The notes below the pieces were generated by a model. That model saw only the letters and a program-made list of their open reading frames with translations. It made no database searches and was not told the DNA's origin. From positions 756,965 to 820,964 of the forward strand of contig CAVQAN010000009.1 in the NCBI GenBank assembly GCA_963710565.1: DNA of 64,000 nt, written 5' to 3'. Shown one piece after another: positions 1 to 9,220 of the stretch. The position numbers were made by a program, and so were the translations under genes. This stretch comes from Bryobacterales bacterium (GTDB lineage: Bacteria > Acidobacteriota > Terriglobia > Bryobacterales > Bryobacteraceae). Within the stretch, counting starts at the first letter, position 1. Each line of letters starts with the position of its first letter.

Positions 1-2091
1 CCGCAATTCCTTGTCGTTGATGACCCGACGGTCCACCCCGGTTCAGCACGCTACGCTCGCGGCGATCTTCGCGGTTCCCGATGGCCCACGACCCCCGTAC
101 CAGTCTTCGCGAATTTGGCGTCAGCCCCCATCCTGGACGGCGACGCGCAAGCTGCCCAACACGCCATGGTCAACGGGTGGAACATAGGTAATAAGAAGTA
201 CTATATCGAGACGTCACAAGACCCTCGGCAGACAGGCTACGGCATCTTCTTCGATTACACCCAAGGCGGGGATTATCAACCGCTTCAATCGGATGGGAAG
301 ATGTGTGGTGCGCAGCAATTACTCGGATCCGTGCAGATTCTCGTCGGGCCCTGGGGAGCAAACGCGACCGCGTTAGGTGCCGGTAGCGAGCACGAGCTCG
401 GTCACGGCCTGGCTAAAATCCACACGCCCCCAAACGTGGTGAACGGCGTGGAGGACGACACGTTGATTATGAATGCGAATCTTTTTGAAACTGTCTCCAA
501 TACGTGGGAGGCGAACGGTCGGAGAGCGAACCGGGTGCAGCGCTACGCGAATCAAATACTCTATGACATGCCGCTCAAAGTAGGCACGGTGGACGGCGTT
601 GACTACTACACGAACGCGCTCTCCTACTCGAACCCGGGCGAGGACACCCCCGTCCTCGACCCGACGTACAACCCCATGCTCTGCACGTACAGGCTCACCC
701 CCATCAGGGATACGTTTCCTGCCCCCGGGGGGACGGGCACCATTCGCATTGACACGGCCAGCTATTGCCAGTGGAGCGCTTCCGACCCGGTTACGTGGAC
801 GACGCCAACCGGCGCGACCTCCGGCAAGGGACCGGGCACGTTCACATTCCAAGTCGCGCCGAACACCGGAGCCACGCGTACCGGCACGCTCACCATCGCC
901 GGCACCACCATCAAGATTGTAGAACTCGGAGACTCCGTAACAGGCGGCCTCTACTTCGTCCCCGTCACGCCGTGCCGCGTCGAGGACACACGCAACGGCA
1001 ACGGCCCCTACGGCGGACCGGCTCTCCAAGGCGGCGACACGCGCATCTTCAACATCCCGCAAAGCGGCTGTAACATTCCTTTTACAGCGAAAGCTTACTC
1101 GTTCAATGCGACGATCGTGCCGGTGAGCCAAGGGCCGGTCGGCTTCGTCACCCTATGGCCTGCCGGCCAAGCTCAACCCAACGCCTCCACGTTGAACTCG
1201 TGGGATGGCCGTGTGGTTGCGAACGCGGCCATCATACAAGCAGGTACCAACGGGGAGGTGAGCGTCTATTCCAGCCACCCGACGGATGTCATCCTTGATG
1301 TCAACGGATACTTTGACACGCTGAGCACGACGACCGCCTACTCGTTTTACCCGGTGACTCCGTGTCGCGTCGCGGACACACGTTGGCCGGTCGGAATTTT
1401 TGGTGGACCAGCCTTGGCTGATGACGAGACCCGGGACTTCCCCATCGCGAACAGCTCCTGCGGGATCCCGCCGGAAGCGACGGCCGGCTCGTTCAATTTC
1501 ACGGTCGTGCCGTCCGGGTACTTGGGGTATCTCAGCACGTGGCCGACTGGGGAGGACCAGCCAAACGTCTCTACGTTGAACTCGTGGGATGGCCGTGTGG
1601 TTGCGAACGCGGGGATTGTGCCCATGGGCACGAACGGCATTAATATGTTCGCCACAAACCAGACGCACGCGATCATCGACACGAACGGCTACTTCGCTCT
1701 CCCCGGGAGTCCGGGCGCGCTCCTCTTCCATCCGATGACGCCGTGCCGCGTCGAGGATACGCGGAACCCCGATGGTCCCTTTGGCGGGCCGATCCTGAAA
1801 GGCGGGACGGCGCGCTCGTTCGCGATCCCGGCGAGTGGGTGCAACGTGCCTAACACGGCCGCGGCGTACATCTTCAATCTGACGCTGGCACCAACACAGT
1901 ACCTGGGCTACGCGACCGTTGCGCCGACGGGGCCCCCGCTTCCCTACGTCTCCACCGATAACTCGTGGACTGGGACCGTCGTGGCGAACATGGCGATTGT
2001 CCCTGCGGGGATCAATGGATCCATCGATCTATATGTGACGCAGGATACGCACGCGATCCTCGACATCACCGGCTACTTCGCGCTCGAGTGA
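1..2091 (+). CDS. Secreted multidomain protein, paralog A of the C-terminal tri-module family: zincin-like metallopeptidase region + BACON-like Ig domain + 3 tandem ~115-aa PCRVxDTR modules. The reading frame is open to nt 1, so the 5' end may lie upstream
   Basis: ORF 115..2091 (alternative start; frame has no stop back to nt 1). HELGHGL zinc-binding-like motif. Segment 'TIRIDTASYCQWSASDPVTWTTPTGATSGKGPGTFTFQVAPNTGATRTGTLTIAGTTIKIVEL' fits the BACON pattern. Three repeats (FVPVTPCRVEDTR… / [13 protein letters not shown]… / FHPMTPCRVEDTR…), each ending …NGYF; the last runs to the stop. Confidence 0.6.
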   Translation, partial: PQFLVVDDPTVHPGSARYARGDLRGSRWPTTPVPVFANLASAPILDGDAQAAQHAMVNGWNIGNKKYYIETSQDPRQTGYGIFFDYTQGGDYQPLQSDGKMCGAQQLLGSVQILVGPWGANATALGAGSEHELGHGLAKIHTPPNVVNGVEDDTLIMNANLFETVSNTWEANGRRANRVQRYANQILYDMPLKVGTVDGVDYYTNALSYSNPGEDTPVLDPTYNPMLCTYRLTPIRDTFPAPGGTGTIRIDTASYCQWSASDPVTWTTPTGATSGKGPGTFTFQVAPNTGATRTGTLTIAGTTIKIVELGDSVTGGLYFVPVTPCRVEDTRNGNGPYGGPALQGGDTRIFNIPQSGCNIPFTAKAYSFNATIVPVSQGPVGFVTLWPAGQAQPNASTLNSWDGRVVANAAIIQAGTNGEVSVYSSHPTDVILDVNGYFDTLSTTTAYSFYPVTPCRVADTRWPVGIFGGPALADDETRDFPIANSSCGIPPEATAGSFNFTVVPSGYLGYLSTWPTGEDQPNVSTLNSWDGRVVANAGIVPMGTNGINMFATNQTHAIIDTNGYFALPGSPGALLFHPMTPCRVEDTRNPDGPFGGPILKGGTARSFAIPASGCNVPNTAAAYIFNLTLAPTQYLGYATVAPTGPPLPYVSTDNSWTGTVVANMAIVPAGINGSIDLYVTQDTHAILDITGYFALE

Positions 2092-2364
2092 GGCCAGCGC
2101 CTGGAAGAGTTCGGGCCTTCCGATCCAGAACGCATCTGCACTTCGATTGTGGAGCGCCAGAACCTCACGATGCGGATGCAGATTCGCAGGCTGACCCGCT
2201 TGACGAGTGCCTTCAGCAAGAAATGGGAGAACCTGTGGGCCGCCCTCTGCCGGCACTTTGCCTACTACAACCTCTGCCGCATCCATCGCAGCCTGCGGGT
2301 CACGCCAGCCATGGAAGCGGGGATCACGGATCAGGTTTGGGAAATCGCTGAACTTTTGGGATAG
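2092..2364 (+). mobile_element. IS1-family transposase (InsB-like) C-terminal remnant, 5'-truncated
   Basis: Frame opens right after the stop of the upstream gene. Peptide …NLTMRMQIRRLTRLTSAFSKKWENLWAALCRHFAYYNLCRIHRSLRVTPAMEAGITDQVWEIAELL matches the conserved C-terminus of IS1-type transposases (…SFSKS/AFSKK… motif). Only ~90 aa, no N-terminal DDE part. Confidence 0.5.
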
Positions 2365-2424
2365 GCGGGAGCTATTGAAAGGTGCTGTCTTTGCCGATAT
2401 ATAGACTGTCGGCGGCTTAAAGTA

Positions 2425-2454
2425 TTGACAGCGCTAGGCTTACTGGGGTATACT
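2425..2454 (+). promoter_or_regulatory. Sigma70-type promoter: TTGACA, 18 nt spacer, TATACT. Drives the Panacea cassette
   Basis: ttgaca gcgctaggcttactgggg tatact read directly. RBS aaggatt and ATG at 2471 follow ~10 nt after the predicted TSS. Local GC is far below the window average. Confidence 0.45.
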
Positions 2455-2470
2455 CACGGTTAAGGATTCA

Positions 2471-3031
2471 ATGACGCTTGCGTTTGACGAGGTAAAAGCC
2501 ACCCAAGCTTCAGCGCTGTTTTTGAAGTTGTCGGGGGCCACGCTGAATTACACTGCCTTGATAAAGTTGCTCTACAGGGCAGACAGAGAAGCCCTCCGCA
2601 GGTGGGGATTGCCCATCACGACCGATCGGTACGTGAATATGAAGATGGGTCCCGTGACCAGCAGGATCTATGACCGCATCAAGGCAAGTGCGGACGTAAG
2701 TGCACATCCGAGTTTCTGGTCAACCCATATCCAGAGGATTCCTGGCGACCCCTATGCAGTGGTTCTGTCTTCCGACCCTGGAGCTTCGGAGTTGTCCAAG
2801 GCAGAAGAGGGGCTCATCAAAGAGGTTTTTGCTGAACACGGGCACAAGGACTATGCCACCCTCGTCGAAGAATCCCATAGGGACTATCCCGAGTGGAGCG
2901 ATCCTGGAGAAAGTTCGTCCGTGCTCAACCTTGCCGATATTGTCTCCGCTCTTGGCCTCTCCGAAGAGGAGGCTGCTGGTATAGAGTCGCTCGTTGAAGC
3001 GCAACGAGCCGCCTCTAGTCTGGCGGCATAG
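2471..3031 (+). CDS. Panacea-domain (DUF4065, SocA/GepA-like) protein, putative antitoxin
   Basis: ORF 186 aa. N-terminal 'TALIKLLYRADREALRRWGLPITTDRYVNMKMGPVTSRIYDRIK' fits the Panacea/DUF4065 core (…KLLYxA…G.Pl..d.f.aw..GPV…Y). GC is about 50-52% against ~68% in the flanks. Confidence 0.55.
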   Translation: MTLAFDEVKATQASALFLKLSGATLNYTALIKLLYRADREALRRWGLPITTDRYVNMKMGPVTSRIYDRIKASADVSAHPSFWSTHIQRIPGDPYAVVLSSDPGASELSKAEEGLIKEVFAEHGHKDYATLVEESHRDYPEWSDPGESSSVLNLADIVSALGLSEEEAAGIESLVEAQRAASSLAA

Positions 3032-3037
3032 TGCGCG

Positions 3038-3514
3038 GTGACATTTCATGTCGGCCAGACTTTTCTGTATCCTCTCGACGAAGCCAAAGAAGAGCACCTG
3101 TGGGTCATAGCCACAGAGCCGAATGCAGATGGACTGTTTGCAACCGTGAGCTTCACATCCCTTAGGGGATCTAAGGATCAAACCGTGGTTCTCCTGGCTG
3201 GAGAGCACCCATTTATCAAATGGCCTACCTGTGTCGCATATGCCGCCACGGAGATAAGCAGTTGTAAGAACCTACAGGCCCGTCTGGAATGTGGGTTGGC
3301 GAAGATGCATCGGGACGCCAGCCCACAATTGCTGGAACTCGTTCAGGACGGTTTCTTGGCATCTGACCTAACGAAGAATCGTGTCCGAGAGTTTATTCGG
3401 GCCTACAGGGCCGCGAGGCAACCCCGAGCCCTCGCCGATCCCGCCGACTGGCAGTGGGTGCGCGACATGCGCGGTCCCATTCTGAGTCTCTGTGTCGCGG
3501 GTGGCCTTCATTAG
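3038..3514 (+). CDS. Hypothetical 158-aa protein, candidate cognate toxin of the Panacea-domain protein
   Basis: ORF starts 7 nt after the stop of 2471..3031. Same low-GC islet. No recognisable motif. Confidence 0.4.
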   Translation: MTFHVGQTFLYPLDEAKEEHLWVIATEPNADGLFATVSFTSLRGSKDQTVVLLAGEHPFIKWPTCVAYAATEISSCKNLQARLECGLAKMHRDASPQLLELVQDGFLASDLTKNRVREFIRAYRAARQPRALADPADWQWVRDMRGPILSLCVAGGLH

Positions 3515-3522
3515 CGGGAGAC

Positions 3523-3556
3523 GCAAGCGGCCTGTCCCGGGTCCGCTTTCTTCTGA
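3523..3556 (+). terminator. Candidate intrinsic terminator after the Panacea cassette
   Basis: gcaagcgg(cctgtcccgggt)ccgcttt stem-loop followed by cttctg. T-tract is weak. Confidence 0.3.
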
Positions 3557-3689
3557 ACCGTGTGGGCCTTCATCCGCGTTCATCTGCGTTCATCTGCGGC
3601 CAGTTTCAGTTCGCGTTTTCTCAACCCACGGGGACGCCGCAGCGGGCGCGAAGCGGAGACGGCGCTTGGCCCGGGCATCGATTCCCCAG

Positions 3690-3775
3690 AGGGCAGACCT
3701 TGGGACAGGATCGAAGTTTCGCAAGAGCGGCGAAATTCGATCCAGTCCCCGGTTCGCGGCTTGCGGTATAGGTAG
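3690..3775. repeat. Copy A (core only, most divergent) of a ~80-150 bp intergenic MITE/REP-like repeat family
   Basis: …gggacaggatcgaagtttcgcaagagcggcgaaattcgatccagtccccggttcgcggcttgcgg… shares the ~75-bp core with copies at ~10125, ~11497 and ~16672. Ends 8 nt before the GH5 start codon. Confidence 0.6.
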
Positions 3776-3782
3776 ATGTATC

Positions 3783-4820
3783 ATGCCAATCCGATTCCTT
3801 GTCCTGCTCGCGGCCGCGAGCGCGTTGGTGGCGCAGACGGCCGCTCCCGAGAAACCGGCGCACCGCTGGTGGACGGACCGGTCTCCTGGGACGAGGCCGT
3901 ACACCACCGGCGCCAAGAAGATGCCACTGATCTCGGTCAAGGGGAACAAGTTCGTCGATGCGGCGGGCAACACGGTGCTGTTCCGCGGGCTGGCCATTGC
4001 CGACCCGGACAAGCTGGATATGGACGGCCATTGGAACCGGGAACACTTCGTCAAGGTGAAAGAGATGGGCACGCGCGTGGTGCGCATCCCGGTGCATCCG
4101 GTGGCGTGGCGGGAGCGGACGCCGGCGGAGTACATCAAACTGCTGGACCAGGCGGTGGACTGGTGCACGGAGCTGGAGATGTATATCGACCTGGACTGGC
4201 ACTCGATCGGCAACCTGCCGCGGGGGTTGTTTCAGGACCCGATGTACGATACCTCTGCGCAGGAGACGTTCGGGTTCTGGCGCACGATGGCGCGGCACTA
4301 CGCCGGGCACAACACGGTGGCGTTCTTCGAGCTGTTCAACGAGCCGAGCACGTTCTACAACAAGCTGGGGCCGGTGTCCTGGGAGGAGTGGAAGAAGATC
4401 AACGAAGACCTGATCACCCTGATCCGGGCGTACAACGCGCAGGCGATTCCGCTGGTGGCGGGGTTCGACTGGGCGTACGATCTGACGCCGCTGCGGCTGA
4501 GCCCGATCGCGGCGGAGGGCATCGGGTACTCGGTCCATCCGTACGCCAACAAGCGGCCGCAGCCGTGGGAGGGGCGGTGGGAGGAGGATTTCGGGTTCGC
4601 GGCGGCGAAGTATCCGGTGGTGGCGACCGAGTTCGGCGGGTTCCCGGCGCAGTCGCCCTTCGGACCGGCGATCATCAAGTACCTGGAGGGCAAGGGCATC
4701 AGTTGGATCGCCTGGTGCTTCGACCCGGAATGGGGGCCGACGCTCATCGGGGACTGGAAGTACACGCTGAATCCGTCGGGAGAGTTCGTCAAACTGGCGA
4801 TGCACGGGGGCGTGCAGTAG
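3783..4820 (+). CDS. Glycoside hydrolase family 5 endoglucanase (cellulase), secreted
   Basis: Start MPIRFLVLLAAASALVAQTAA (signal peptide) is residue 98 of ORF 3492..4820. GH5 acid/base motif ELFNEP and nucleophile region VVATEFGG present. Confidence 0.8.
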   Translation: MPIRFLVLLAAASALVAQTAAPEKPAHRWWTDRSPGTRPYTTGAKKMPLISVKGNKFVDAAGNTVLFRGLAIADPDKLDMDGHWNREHFVKVKEMGTRVVRIPVHPVAWRERTPAEYIKLLDQAVDWCTELEMYIDLDWHSIGNLPRGLFQDPMYDTSAQETFGFWRTMARHYAGHNTVAFFELFNEPSTFYNKLGPVSWEEWKKINEDLITLIRAYNAQAIPLVAGFDWAYDLTPLRLSPIAAEGIGYSVHPYANKRPQPWEGRWEEDFGFAAAKYPVVATEFGGFPAQSPFGPAIIKYLEGKGISWIAWCFDPEWGPTLIGDWKYTLNPSGEFVKLAMHGGVQ

Positions 4821-4980
4821 GCGCGCGGCGGCCCACTCCGACACCGGGAAAGGCCGCCCAAACAGCCCTGGCACTCCTTCGAACTCACGGAGCCAGCGGC
4901 CTTTAGTTGAGCCCACACCGGTATTCTGTTATGCTCTGTGTTGGGTTTCCCAACGATTCTTCTTCCTACCAGAGGTTCGC

Positions 4981-5730
4981 ATGTCAGGCCATTCAAAATG
5001 GGCGACGATCAAGCATAAGAAAGCCGCCACGGACGCCAAGCGCGGAAAGGCCTTCACGCGCGTTATCAAAGAGATCTCGATTGCCGCCCGCAGCGGCGGC
5101 GGCGACCCGGATGCGAATCCGCGCCTGCGAACGGCCGTCCTGGCAGCCAAGGCGGTGTCGATGCCCGCCGACAACATCAAGCGCGCCATACAGCGCGGCA
5201 CCGGCGAACTGGAAGGCGGGCAGATCGACGAAGTGATGTTCGAAGGCTACGGGCCCGGCGGCACCGCCGTCCTGGTCGAGGTCGCCACCGACAACCGCAA
5301 CCGGACCGTGAGCGAAATCCGGCACCTCTTCACCAAGTACGCCGGCAAGCTGGGGGAACAGGGCAGCGTGTCGCGCCTGTTCGTGCGCAAGAGCCAGGTC
5401 CTGATCCCAGTGGAGAAAACCACGGAGGAGAAACTGATGGACACGGCGCTCGACGCGGGCGTCGAAGACATCCGCAACGACGGCGTCAACTGGGAGATCG
5501 TCTCGCCGCCGGAAGCGCACCTGCCCGTGCTCGAAGCGCTGCACAAGGCCGGCATACAGCCCGCCGAATCCCAGATCGCCATGATTCCCATCATCCTGGT
5601 GAAGCTCGAGGGCAAAGACGCCGGAACCATGCTGAAGCTGAGCGAGGCGCTCGAGGAGCACGAGGACGTGCAGAACGTCTACGCCAACTTCGATATCGAC
5701 GAACACGTCATGGAGGCCCTGGCACTCTAA
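4981..5730 (+). CDS. yebC: YebC/PmpR family DNA-binding transcriptional regulator
   Basis: [32 protein letters not shown]… canonical YebC N-terminus, 249 aa. Conserved pairing with ruvC. Confidence 0.9.
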   Translation: MSGHSKWATIKHKKAATDAKRGKAFTRVIKEISIAARSGGGDPDANPRLRTAVLAAKAVSMPADNIKRAIQRGTGELEGGQIDEVMFEGYGPGGTAVLVEVATDNRNRTVSEIRHLFTKYAGKLGEQGSVSRLFVRKSQVLIPVEKTTEEKLMDTALDAGVEDIRNDGVNWEIVSPPEAHLPVLEALHKAGIQPAESQIAMIPIILVKLEGKDAGTMLKLSEALEEHEDVQNVYANFDIDEHVMEALAL

Positions 5731-5744
5731 GCGCCAGGCGGCCC

Positions 5745-6236
5745 ATGCGGGTTCTGGGCATAGACTGCGGGACGGAACGAACCGGCTACGGCATCATCGA
5801 GAGCGATGGCCGGAGCCATCAATTGATTTCGACCGGAGTGATCGTCACCAGCCCCAAGCAGCCTATGCATCTGCGCCTGGTTCGGATTGCCGCCAGTCTG
5901 CGGGCCCTGATTTGCGACCATCGCCCCGCCGCGGCCGCCGTCGAGGAAGTCTTTTACGCGGCCAACGTGCGCACGGTTCTGAAGCTATCGCAGGTTCGGG
6001 GCGTGGCGCTTCTGACCATCGCGGAAGCGGGCCTGGAGCTGGGCGAGTACTCGCCGCTCGAGATCAAGACCAGCGTGGTGGGCTACGGCCGGGCCGAGAA
6101 AGCGCAGGTCCAAATGATGGTGCGGTCCCTGTTGCAGCTCGACCGCGAAATTGAATCCGAGGACGCCGCCGACGCGCTGGCGGTCGCCATCTGCCACGCC
6201 ACGCGAGCGGCCGTGGAACGGGAGCTGGCACGGTGA
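5745..6236 (+). CDS. ruvC: Crossover junction endodeoxyribonuclease RuvC
   Basis: [19 protein letters not shown]… 163 aa, RuvC fold signature. Confidence 0.9.
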   Translation: MRVLGIDCGTERTGYGIIESDGRSHQLISTGVIVTSPKQPMHLRLVRIAASLRALICDHRPAAAAVEEVFYAANVRTVLKLSQVRGVALLTIAEAGLELGEYSPLEIKTSVVGYGRAEKAQVQMMVRSLLQLDREIESEDAADALAVAICHATRAAVERELAR

Positions 6237-6868
6237 AGCTCCCGGCCGCGCTTCTCCTCACCGCCGCATCCGCCCTGCTGGCCGCCGACGTGCCCAAAAT
6301 CACGTACACCAAGTCGTTCCCCGGCAGTACTCCGGACTACGTCGAAGCCAGCGTGGACAAGGAAGGGCACGTGGTGTACCGGGAAGGCAAGACCGACGAC
6401 AGCCCGATGGAATTTCAGCTCGCGCCCGCGGAAACCGAGGCGATCTTCGACCTGGCCGCGAAGCTCGACCACTTCACCAAGCCGCTCGAGTCCCCCCTCA
6501 AGGTCGCCTTCATGGGCGACAAAACCTTCCGCTGGGAGAACGGCAGCGAGAAGCACGAGGTGAAGTTCAACTACTCGGCGCACCTCGAGGCCCAGCAGCT
6601 CTGGGAGTGGTTCGAGCGCATCGGCGAAACCGAACAGCGGTTCGCAGTCCTCGACAGCGCGACCCACTTCGACAAACTCGGCGTCAACCAGGCGCTGCTC
6701 GACCTGGAAACCTCGTTCGACCGCAAGCGCCTGGTGGCGCTGGCGCAGTTCCTGCCGCTGCTGGACCGGATCGCGGGGAGCGAGCGCTACATGCACATGG
6801 CGCGGGAGCGGGCCGCGGCGCTGGCCGACACGATCCGCAATCCGCCGCCCAAGGCGCAGGGACAATGA
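6233..6868 (+). CDS. Hypothetical secreted protein, translationally coupled between ruvC and deoB
   Basis: Signal peptide [20 protein letters not shown]. 4-nt overlaps with ruvC stop and deoB start. No known domain recognised. Confidence 0.5.
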   Translation: MKLPAALLLTAASALLAADVPKITYTKSFPGSTPDYVEASVDKEGHVVYREGKTDDSPMEFQLAPAETEAIFDLAAKLDHFTKPLESPLKVAFMGDKTFRWENGSEKHEVKFNYSAHLEAQQLWEWFERIGETEQRFAVLDSATHFDKLGVNQALLDLETSFDRKRLVALAQFLPLLDRIAGSERYMHMARERAAALADTIRNPPPKAQGQ

Positions 6869-8037
6869 CGCTCCCGCGCCGCATCGTGCTGCTCATCCTC
6901 GACAGCGTGGGGATCGGTGAGATGCCGGACGCCGCCGAGTACGGAGACGCGGGCAGCGACACGCTGGGGCACATCGCCGCCAGCCGGCCCCTGCGTCTGC
7001 CGAACCTGTGCGCCCTCGGGCTGGCGAACATCCGGCCGTTCGCGAACCTGGCGCCGGCCGCCGCGCCAATCGGCTGCTACGGCAAGTGCGCGCTCGCCTC
7101 CCCAGGCAAGGACACCACGACCGGGCACTGGGAGATCGCGGGCATCCACCTCGAGAAGCCCTTCCCGCTTTATCCCCACGGATTCCCGCCCGAGGTGCTG
7201 GGCGAGTTCGAGCGGCAGGTGGGCCGGCGGGCGCTGGGCAATTGCCCCGCCTCGGGCACCGAGATCATCGAGCGGCTCGGCGCGGAGCACCTGCGCACGG
7301 GCTCGCCCATCGTCTACACTTCGGCCGACAGCGTGTTTCAGATCGCCGCGCACGAAGAGATCATTCCGCTCGCGGAGCTCTACCGGATGTGCGAAATCGC
7401 GCGCGGGATCCTGCGCGGCCCGCACGAGGTGGGGCGCGTCATCGCGCGGCCGTTTGGGGGCAGCCCGGGGGCGTTTGTGCGCGACGGCGCGGCGCGGCAC
7501 GATTACGCGGTGCCCCCGCCGCCGGGCATGCTTCTCGACCGGCTGGCCGAGCGGGGCGTGCCGGTGTGGTCAGCGTGGGCAAGATTGCCGAATGTTTCTG
7601 CGCCGCGGCGTCACGCATTCGGCCAAGACCCAGGACAACGCCGACGGCATGCGGCGAACTCTGGAGGCCATGGGCGAGCGGAGCGCGGGCTGATCTTCAC
7701 CAACCTGGTCGATTTCGACATGCTGTACGGGCATCGCAACGACGTTGAAGGCTACGCCGCGGCGCTCGAAGCCACCGACGCCTGGCTGCCGGAACTCCTG
7801 GCCGGGCTCGGCGACGGCGATCTGCTGATGGTGACCGCCGATCACGGCAACGATCCCACTACGCCCTCGACGGACCACAGCCGCGAGTACGTGCCGCTGC
7901 TGGTTTATGGCCCCCGCGCGCGGCGGGGCCGCGACCTGGGCACCCGCGGCACGCTCTCCGATATCGGGCAGACCGTGGCCGAGAATTTTGAAACTCATCT
8001 TGAGAAAGGAACTAGTTTTCTAGAGAAGATCTTATGA
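6865..8037 (+). CDS. deoB: Phosphopentomutase DeoB, with three local 1-2 bp indels near 7568-7695
   Basis: [38 protein letters not shown]…[16 protein letters not shown]…[23 protein letters not shown]…[24 protein letters not shown] matches DeoB. The conserved segment [49 protein letters not shown] is split across all three frames (+2, -1, -1). Confidence 0.8.
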   Translation: MTLPRRIVLLILDSVGIGEMPDAAEYGDAGSDTLGHIAASRPLRLPNLCALGLANIRPFANLAPAAAPIGCYGKCALASPGKDTTTGHWEIAGIHLEKPFPLYPHGFPPEVLGEFERQVGRRALGNCPASGTEIIERLGAEHLRTGSPIVYTSADSVFQIAAHEEIIPLAELYRMCEIARGILRGPHEVGRVIARPFGGSPGAFVRDGAARHDYAVPPPPGMLLDRLAERGVPVWSAWARLPNVSAPRRHAFGQDPGQRRRHAANSGGHGRAERGLIFTNLVDFDMLYGHRNDVEGYAAALEATDAWLPELLAGLGDGDLLMVTADHGNDPTTPSTDHSREYVPLLVYGPRARRGRDLGTRGTLSDIGQTVAENFETHLEKGTSFLEKIL

Positions 8038-8778
8038 GAACACCATTGATGGCGGGCAACTGGAAAATGTACAAGACGGCCCAGGAAACCCGCGCTTTCT
8101 TCGAGAAATTCGGCCCGCTGGTGGCCGAGGGCCGGGGACGTCGTGCTTTGTCCCACCTTCCCCAACCTGCCGGCGGCGGTCGAGGCCACCGCGGGAACGC
8201 GCATCGGCATCGGCGCTCAGAACCTGTTCTGGAAGAACGAAGGCGCGTACACGGGCGAGGTGTCCGCCCCCATGCTCACAGCGGTAGGCGTTAAGTGGGT
8301 CATCATCGGTCACAGCGAGCGGCGCCAGTATTTCGGCGAGACCGACGAGACGGTTCTGAAGAAGACCGTGGCGGCAATCCTGGCCGGGCTGAACCCGATC
8401 GTGTGCGTGGGCGAGCGGCTGGAAGAGCGCGAATCGGGCAACACCGAGGCCGTGCTCGCGAAGCAGTTCGGGGACGGCATCGCCAAGCTGACGCCCGAGC
8501 AGTTCGCGAAGATCGTCGTCGCCTACGAGCCGGTGTGGGCCATTGGCACGGGCAAGACGGCGACACCCGAGATCGCCTCCGAAGCGCACCGCTTCATCCG
8601 CGCGCTGGCCGAAGCGGCGTTCGGCCCGGCCGCGGCCTCCAGCCTGCGGATTCTGTACGGCGGCAGCGTCAAGCCCGACAACACCGCGAGCCTCATGGCC
8701 AAGCAAGACATCGACGGCGCGCTGGTGGGCGGCGCGAGCCTGACGCCGGATTCGTTTGCGGCGATCGTGAACTTCTGA
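8034..8778 (+). CDS. tpiA: Triosephosphate isomerase, with a 1-bp homopolymer indel near 8135
   Basis: [15 protein letters not shown]… then a frame switch to …[15 protein letters not shown]…[14 protein letters not shown]…[18 protein letters not shown]…LYGGSV. Both halves are TIM. The indel is in a gggg run. Confidence 0.85.
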
Positions 8779-8801
8779 GGCGCAGTCGTCGCGGGCGCCG
8801 G

Positions 8802-9119
8802 CTATTCCTCTGTAAACAGATGAATCCCGTCCGTCTTGTGCGGGCGGGATTCGAGATAGACGCCGGCGGCGAGGCTCGCCGCGGCGAGCGCGAGCATGGT
8901 GGCGCCTACCAGGTCCAGGCCACGGATCCAGAGGATGGCGCCCAGCGACACCACGGTGCGCAGCAGCCACGTTAAGGCCCTTGTCATGGGCTGGCCGGCG
9001 TTGTGGAGGCGGGTGGCGGCGCGGCCCAGCGCGTAGGCGAAGAACATCGCCAGCAGCCCGAGCAGGACCCGCAGGAACTGGATCGGAAACGGCGATCTCA
9101 CCCCTCCAATTTGGGCCAA
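8802..9119 (-). CDS. Hypothetical small membrane protein (2-3 predicted TM helices)
   Basis: ORF 105 aa, hydrophobic segments LRVLLGLLAMFFAYALG and TVVSLGAILWIRGL. No homolog recognised. Overlaps the tpiA hairpin. Confidence 0.3.
   Translation of the reverse strand: MAQIGGVRSPFPIQFLRVLLGLLAMFFAYALGRAATRLHNAGQPMTRALTWLLRTVVSLGAILWIRGLDLVGATMLALAAASLAAGVYLESRPHKTDGIHLFTEE
8821..8854 (+). terminator. Candidate hairpin terminator downstream of tpiA
   Basis: gaatcccgtccg-tcttgtgc-gggcgggattc: 11-bp stem with one G-U pair. No clear T-tract. Confidence 0.25.
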
Positions 9120-9220
9120 ACCGTTGCGGATTGCAAGGGCCGCGCTGCCCCGCTGCCAGACCCGGCGTTACACTGGTCTTGAAAGGGCCCATCTTGCACC
9201 AGCACCAGCACGCCAACGAC

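Noticed and set aside
373-1131. Long antisense/off-frame ORFs throughout the window (e.g. 373..1131 -, 3621..4916 -, 4993..5706 -, 6083..6865 -, 8032..9408 -, 9353..10171 -, 11614..13086 +, 17901..19406 +, 22064..24535 -, 31494..32825 +, 38939..41458 +, 55120..56121 +, 61227..62537 +)
   Set aside because: They lie opposite or out of frame to genes with clear homology. Their translations are Arg/Pro/Gly-rich low-complexity text typical of shadow ORFs in ~68% GC DNA, and none shows a recognisable motif
2510-3208. ORFs 2510..2707 -, 2700..2984 + and 2720..3208 - inside the Panacea cassette
   Set aside because: They overlap the better-supported 2471..3031 and 3038..3514 genes, which have a promoter, an RBS and a domain match, and have no features of their own
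3560-3775. Small ORFs overlapping the MITE copies (3560..3775, 10047..10322, 11240..11584, 16596..17147)
   Set aside because: Their translations differ between copies because of frame, and show no protein-like composition. The conserved unit is the nucleotide sequence with its inverted termini
7568-7695. Programmed ribosomal frameshifting or a functional compensated-frameshift variant of deoB
   Set aside because: Three shifts in 130 bp with no slippery heptamers or stimulatory structures. The scrambled segment is a highly conserved part of DeoB. Identical indel-type lesions occur in many other essential genes, so a technical origin is more parsimonious
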